Assembly: GCA_964450735.1 (NCBI GenBank)
Contig: CAYVDC010000009.1
Location: forward strand, 1-55,834
Direction of reading: 5' to 3'
DNA length: 55,834 nt
DNA from: an uncultured Candidatus Saccharibacteria bacterium
GTDB lineage: Bacteria > Patescibacteriota > Minisyncoccia > Phycocordibacterales > UBA9973
Below the pieces are notes generated by a model that saw only the letters and a program-made list of their open reading frames with translations, had not been told where the DNA came from and made no database searches. The first letter of the stretch is position 1, and each line of letters begins with the position of its first letter. Positions 52,205 through 55,834 of the stretch are shown in pieces. Position numbers and translations under genes: made by a program.

Positions 52205-52597
52205 CTATTCTGCTTCTTCGGTTGCCGCTTCGTCTCCGTCAACGTTCGTGACGCTCTTCATCTTGCGACGAATATCGCGAACCGCCTTTTCTCGGACGTA
52301 GTAAAGCTTTGATCGTCGAGCGCGGGCCTTTTTGACGATTTCGATCTTGTCTACGAGAGGAGAAAAAAGAGGAAAGATGCGCTCTACGCCAACGCTGTTT
52401 GAGACTTTGCGTACAGTGAAAGTGCCGCCCATTGTTGAGCCGTGCTTTCGGGCCAAAACGATGCCTTCAAAAGCTTGGAGGCGGTATTTACCCTTATCTT
52501 CGATCTTTGACCAGACACGAACAGTATCGCCTGATGAGAAATCAAGTTTCTTGCGGGCTTCAATGTCGACTGGAGTAAATTTCAGTGCTGTTTTCAT
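52205..52597 (-). CDS. rplS: 50S ribosomal protein L19
   Basis: The sequence GDTVRVWSKIEDKGKYRLQAFEGIVLARKHGSTMGGTFTVRKVSNSVGVERIFPLFSPLVDKIEIV is characteristic of L19. The start was set at M41 of ORF 52205..52717. Confidence 0.9.
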   Translation of the reverse strand: MKTALKFTPVDIEARKKLDFSSGDTVRVWSKIEDKGKYRLQAFEGIVLARKHGSTMGGTFTVRKVSNSVGVERIFPLFSPLVDKIEIVKKARARRSKLYYVREKAVRDIRRKMKSVTNVDGDEAATEEAE

Positions 52598-52730
52598 ATA
52601 CGGGGCATACTTTAGCATACAAATATTGACTTTGCAACCTGCATGTTGGTCTTGTTTGACAAACTCCAAAAGTAATGTAATATGCAGATAAATTCGGCCA
52701 CGAGGCCCTAACAACAAAATACCCTATTAT

Positions 52731-53690
52731 ATGAATAGTACTACCTCTATTGATTTGAACGAAGTAGAAAAGCAAATCAAAGAAACAACAACGGTGGCTG
52801 CCATACGATCAGTTACGGATATTCTAAACAATTTGATATTCGATATTTTGAGCGACAAAAAGAACACATATACTTTTGAATATTCTTCTTTGGCGTTTTT
52901 CCTCTCTGGAAAAGCTTTTGTCAGAGAAGGCATGCTGCTTGAGAAAGAGCTTGCTATCGCCTTCCAGACAGGATCGATTCAGGCACAAAACAAAGCATTG
53001 AAAAGCTTAGGCGAATTCCTTATTGGACGGCCGCTAAGAACTTATGAGTTTACTGACCTTTGCGGAAAAATTATTTTTTCATCCAAAGGAAGACTTGGAG
53101 ATAAAGTTGCCGCCCACTTTGGAGAAACATGGAACTTCAAGGAACGAATACGATTCCAGGGTTATTTCAAACTGTGGAAGCATATGGTAGTTGCAAACAA
53201 CCATCATATTGCAACAAACTCATTCGTTCCATTGTTTGTTGAATTCGTAAATGGAATGTATCAATCACTTGATAAGTTTAATTACGAGAACGAAGAGGAT
53301 GCCTGGAACCTACTGCGGCCAAAATTTACTTTGACCATCGAATACGAGCTACGGTTTTTATTCTATTGCCGGTTCAGCGTATTTGGAAAGTTTCAAAGGG
53401 ATATGATGAAAATCAGGCCTGAGGTCGCGGTTGTAAGAGAGGATGTGTTGGCGCGCCGCATTCCGGCACTCGTCATCAATAGACTAAAAGACAACAAAGA
53501 CATTTCGGCTATCGCTTTTTCTCTCTCCAAATTTGCAGATACGTTCGATTTTCAGAAAAATAAGCTCAACGGCAAACGCGTAACTCCGATTCTTGAGGAG
53601 ATAAAAACGTTACTGCCTAAACTTAAAGATAAAGAACTCTATCCACTTGTAGCACAAAAGCTATTAGATATAGATATAAGTCATCAATAA
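52731..53690 (+). CDS. Hypothetical protein (319 aa)
   Basis: A long ORF with no recognisable motif. Confidence 0.5.
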   Translation: MNSTTSIDLNEVEKQIKETTTVAAIRSVTDILNNLIFDILSDKKNTYTFEYSSLAFFLSGKAFVREGMLLEKELAIAFQTGSIQAQNKALKSLGEFLIGRPLRTYEFTDLCGKIIFSSKGRLGDKVAAHFGETWNFKERIRFQGYFKLWKHMVVANNHHIATNSFVPLFVEFVNGMYQSLDKFNYENEEDAWNLLRPKFTLTIEYELRFLFYCRFSVFGKFQRDMMKIRPEVAVVREDVLARRIPALVINRLKDNKDISAIAFSLSKFADTFDFQKNKLNGKRVTPILEEIKTLLPKLKDKELYPLVAQKLLDIDISHQ

Positions 53691-53735
53691 ATACATTTCA
53701 AGCATGGATTGTCCTCGGGCGTCCATGCTTGTTTT

Positions 53736-54485
53736 TTATTTTGCTAGGCCGAATGATTTTCGAGCGTTTTCAAAATCGGTTGGATATGGAGCGGTAACGG
53801 TAATTTGTTTTCCACTTGGAAGTGCGAACTCGATCGCTCGCGCATGGAGTGCCAGTCGCTCGAACCCAAGCGCTTTTTCTCGTCCGCTTGCGTAAAGATT
53901 GTCGGCAATGATGGGATGATTGAGCGATCGAAAATGCACGCGGAGCTGATGCGTGCGGCCGGTCTTAGGTTTTGCTTCTACATAACTAAATACACCCTCT
54001 TCTGTGCTTCCTTTTCCTTCGACTGCGCCGATAGTAGCTAGAATTTCATAGTGCGTAATCGCTTCTCGCAATTCTCCTCGAGCCCCGCGGCCGACGGTCC
54101 ACTTGCGGACATTTTCTTTTGATCGGCCGATTGCTTCGCTAATCGTTCCCTTTCGTTCTTTGGGAACTCCGTACAAACATGCATGATATGTTTTTTGGAT
54201 CGTGTGATCTTGAAATTGTTTTTTAAAAAACAGAAAGCTCTCTTGAGTTTTGGCGATAATGAGACAGCCAGATGTTTCTTTGTCGAGACGATGTACAATT
54301 CCTGGACGCTTAATCTCTTTTCCTTCCAACGTCATGGGTTCGCCTACATCGGAAAGCTCCGGCCGCTCGCGCAAAAGTATCTCTGAGAGGGTCTCAAAGT
54401 CGCCTCGGCCGTCTGGATGGACGACAAGGCCTGCTGGCTTGTCTATGACGAGGACGTCTTGGTCTTCATAGAGAATTGGGGGCAT
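53736..54485 (-). CDS. RluA-family pseudouridine synthase
   Basis: The catalytic motif is HRLDKETSGCLIIAK, and RTHQLRVH is also present. There is no S4 domain. Confidence 0.85.
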   Translation of the reverse strand: MPPILYEDQDVLVIDKPAGLVVHPDGRGDFETLSEILLRERPELSDVGEPMTLEGKEIKRPGIVHRLDKETSGCLIIAKTQESFLFFKKQFQDHTIQKTYHACLYGVPKERKGTISEAIGRSKENVRKWTVGRGARGELREAITHYEILATIGAVEGKGSTEEGVFSYVEAKPKTGRTHQLRVHFRSLNHPIIADNLYASGREKALGFERLALHARAIEFALPSGKQITVTAPYPTDFENARKSFGLAK

Positions 54486-54557
54486 ATATAGGCGTACTAT
54501 AGCATGCCAGTTGATTTCGTGAAGGAAATACAGTACTATGGCTTCACAACCAAATAT

Positions 54558-54633
54558 GCGCGATTAGCTCAGTTGGTAGAGCAATCCGTTTACACCGGAA
54601 AGGTCGGGGGTTCGAGTCCCTCATCGCGCACCA
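54558..54633 (+). tRNA. tRNA-Val (anticodon TAC), CCA encoded
   Basis: The acceptor pairs GCGCGAT with ATCGCGC. The D-arm is GCTC-AGTTGGTA-GAGC, the anticodon loop is TTTACAC, and the T-arm is GGGGG-TTCGAGT-CCCTC. The gene ends in ACCA. Confidence 0.92.
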
Positions 54634-54635
54634 AA

Positions 54636-54666
54636 AGAAAAAACCGCCTGAGGCGGTTTTTTCTTT
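54636..54666 (+). terminator. Rho-independent terminator after tRNA-Val
   Basis: The hairpin aaaaaaccgcc-tga-ggcggtttttt is followed by a T-run. Confidence 0.75.
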
Positions 54667-54780
54667 TGGTACGCGATAGCGAGCGGACTGCTCCGCTCGC
54701 GTGAGGGACTCGAAAGGCTTTTCGATGTCTCGGCTCTGCGAGACCGAAAAGCACCAGCGACGGTAGTCGAGAGTCCCTTC
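54667..54780. repeat. Inverted partial copy of the tRNA-Val 3' end, interrupted by and followed by GC-rich hairpins
   Basis: 54667-54677 (tggtacgcgat) and 54703-54714 (gagggactcgaa) are the reverse complement of the tRNA 3' end at 10/11 and 12/12 positions. They are split by a 25-nt hairpin (9-bp stem pairing 54679-54687 with 54692-54700). A further hairpin pairs 54717-54732 with 54739-54752. An outer pairing joins 54705-54713 with 54767-54777. Confidence 0.6.
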
Positions 54781-54781
54781 T

Positions 54782-55330
54782 TTACATATTCTCCAAAAAC
54801 TCCCGTATCTCCCCTATCTTTTTTATCCTCAAATACGTCTCCAGATTTTCCTCCGGCGTCATCTCTGCTCGAGTGATCGTAAATCCTTCCGGAATAAAAA
54901 TCTTGTCCCAGCCATAGCCATTCTCCCCTCGCGGCTCAGTGGCAATTTCACCAGGAGCAGCGCCTTCGAAATACGTCATCTCTTTTCCATCGAAATATGC
55001 AAAGATACACCGGGCAATTGCCTTTCTATTTCCATCGCTGATCATGTCACAGACTTTTTGCTGCGGGACTTCTTCTACAAAGAATTTGATAAATGTCCCA
55101 GGCAATCCATTCAAACTTTCAAACTCCAGCGATACGTCCTCAACAAGCACCGGTGATTTGAGTATTTCAAATGCATGCTGAGCTTTGTACTCAACGATCT
55201 CTTTCAAGCTCAACGACTGCGGTTCATGCAAATCGACTTTCTGGTGTTTTACTTTCAGTCCCAAAAGTTTCTCTAGATATTCAGCTTTTTTCGGACTTCC
55301 AGTAACGAAGGTGACGTCGATTTCTTTCAT
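54782..55330 (-). CDS. RdgB/HAM1-family non-canonical purine NTP pyrophosphatase
   Basis: The motifs VTFVTGSPKKAEY, LHEPQS, EDVSLEFESLNGLPGTFIKFF and GYGWDKIFIPEGFTITRAEM are present. The start was set at M32 of ORF 54782..55423. Confidence 0.8.
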   Translation of the reverse strand: MKEIDVTFVTGSPKKAEYLEKLLGLKVKHQKVDLHEPQSLSLKEIVEYKAQHAFEILKSPVLVEDVSLEFESLNGLPGTFIKFFVEEVPQQKVCDMISDGNRKAIARCIFAYFDGKEMTYFEGAAPGEIATEPRGENGYGWDKIFIPEGFTITRAEMTPEENLETYLRIKKIGEIREFLENM

Positions 55331-55425
55331 ACGATAATCATAGCATTTTGGAAAATAAACTCGAGCGACTTTGAAAAACAAGCATAAAATGCTACTTTTG
55401 ATGGTACGGGACGAGATTCCCAAAA

Positions 55426-55497
55426 GCCCCTGTAGTTAAATGGATATAACTGCGGACTTCTAAGCCGTTATTGTAGGTTCGATTCCTACCGGGGGCA
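55426..55497 (+). tRNA. tRNA-Arg (anticodon TCT)
   Basis: The acceptor pairs GCCCCTG with CGGGGGC, the anticodon loop is CTTCTAA, and the T-arm is GTAGG-TTCGATT-CCTAC. There is one A:G mismatch closing the anticodon stem, and CCA is not encoded. Confidence 0.8.
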
Positions 55498-55505
55498 CAT
55501 GAGAC

Positions 55506-55536
55506 AAAACCGAGCAAACTGCTTTGCTCGGTTTTG
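55506..55536 (+). terminator. Rho-independent terminator after tRNA-Arg
   Basis: A 10-bp stem pairs accgagcaaa (55509-55518) with tttgctcggt (55523-55532) around loop ctgc, followed by a T-run. Confidence 0.7.
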
Positions 55537-55729
55537 CGTATGTGCGGCCGGAGCCATGTCGCTCTGCGACGGGCGAGGCGGGGTCGCGAGTACTTAGTCC
55601 GCACAATCCGAGCGAAGCGAAGAGATGAGCAGACTTAGTAACTCGTGACACAGTGATACAACCGAGCAATAAAAAACCCCGCGGTGTTTTGCGGGGTTTA
55701 AAAAATTAGGACGGTGTTGAGGTTACTTG

Positions 55730-55834
55730 TTAACCAAACAGCTGCACTGGACCATTATTGTCTGTGCGGTAAAAATCTGTAACAAGCTTTTCCAAATCCA
55801 ATGTAATGTCAAAATTTTCGTTTCCCGGTTGCTC
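55730..55834 (-). CDS. C-terminal fragment of an unidentified gene entering from the right window edge
   Basis: The minus-strand frame is open from 55834 and reads EQPGNENFDITLDLEKLVTDFYRTDNNGPVQLFG before a stop at 55732-55730. A hairpin with A/T runs at about 55672-55705 follows. Only 34 codons are visible. Confidence 0.3.
   Translation of the reverse strand, partial: EQPGNENFDITLDLEKLVTDFYRTDNNGPVQLFG

Noticed and set aside
52085-52312. Some ORFs overlap tRNA genes: 52085..52312 (+), 20246..20449 (+), 20302..20493 (-), 54504..54704 (+), 55392..55604 (-) and 55460..55669 (-).
   Set aside because: Each is explained by a well-folding tRNA or by terminator or GC-rich hairpin sequence. None has a protein motif, so they are taken as spurious.
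55541-55620. An inverted fragment of the tRNA-Arg 3' end downstream of tRNA-Arg would be analogous to the tRNA-Val case.
   Set aside because: The best candidate match (tgtgcggccggag against tgcccccggtagg) is too weak to support the claim. Only the GC-rich palindrome itself is reported.

Overview
This is a 55.8-kb bacterial chromosomal window. The gene content and the small genes that often look leaderless are reminiscent of an uncultivated Patescibacteria/CPR-type lineage, but that assignment is inference only. Positions 1-35.5 kb hold housekeeping and envelope genes, mostly on the minus strand. They include a MacAB-type ABC efflux set, an FKBP isomerase, class I ribonucleotide reductase nrdAB, LOG, a PIF1/RecD-like helicase, two OmpR-type regulators with a GAF histidine kinase, and a polyprenyl synthase. 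tRNA-His is followed by a seven-gene plus-strand block of poorly characterised enzymes. Positions 35.5-52.1 kb look like a composite accessory island abutting the 3' end of tRNA-Leu(GAG); it looks more AT-rich by eye, which I did not compute. The island carries four parts: (i) an eight-gene CsoR-controlled copper/heavy-metal operon with two P1B-type ATPases; (ii) a SIR2-HerA defence pair with a translationally coupled ParB-like third gene, which is the best candidate for an undescribed variant system; (iii) a Prim-Pol/P-loop primase-helicase preceded by an iteron-like, hairpin-rich non-coding region; and (iv) a large serine recombinase whose ORF runs into the antisense tRNA-Leu. Each of the two modules begins with a 112-nt imperfect-palindromic repeat (about 87% identical), and a 48-nt imperfect direct repeat brackets the whole island. 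The right edge holds rplS, a hypothetical gene, an RluA-type pseudouridine synthase, tRNA-Val, RdgB/HAM1 and tRNA-Arg. All product calls come from motifs I recognised by eye in the translations; no database search was possible.
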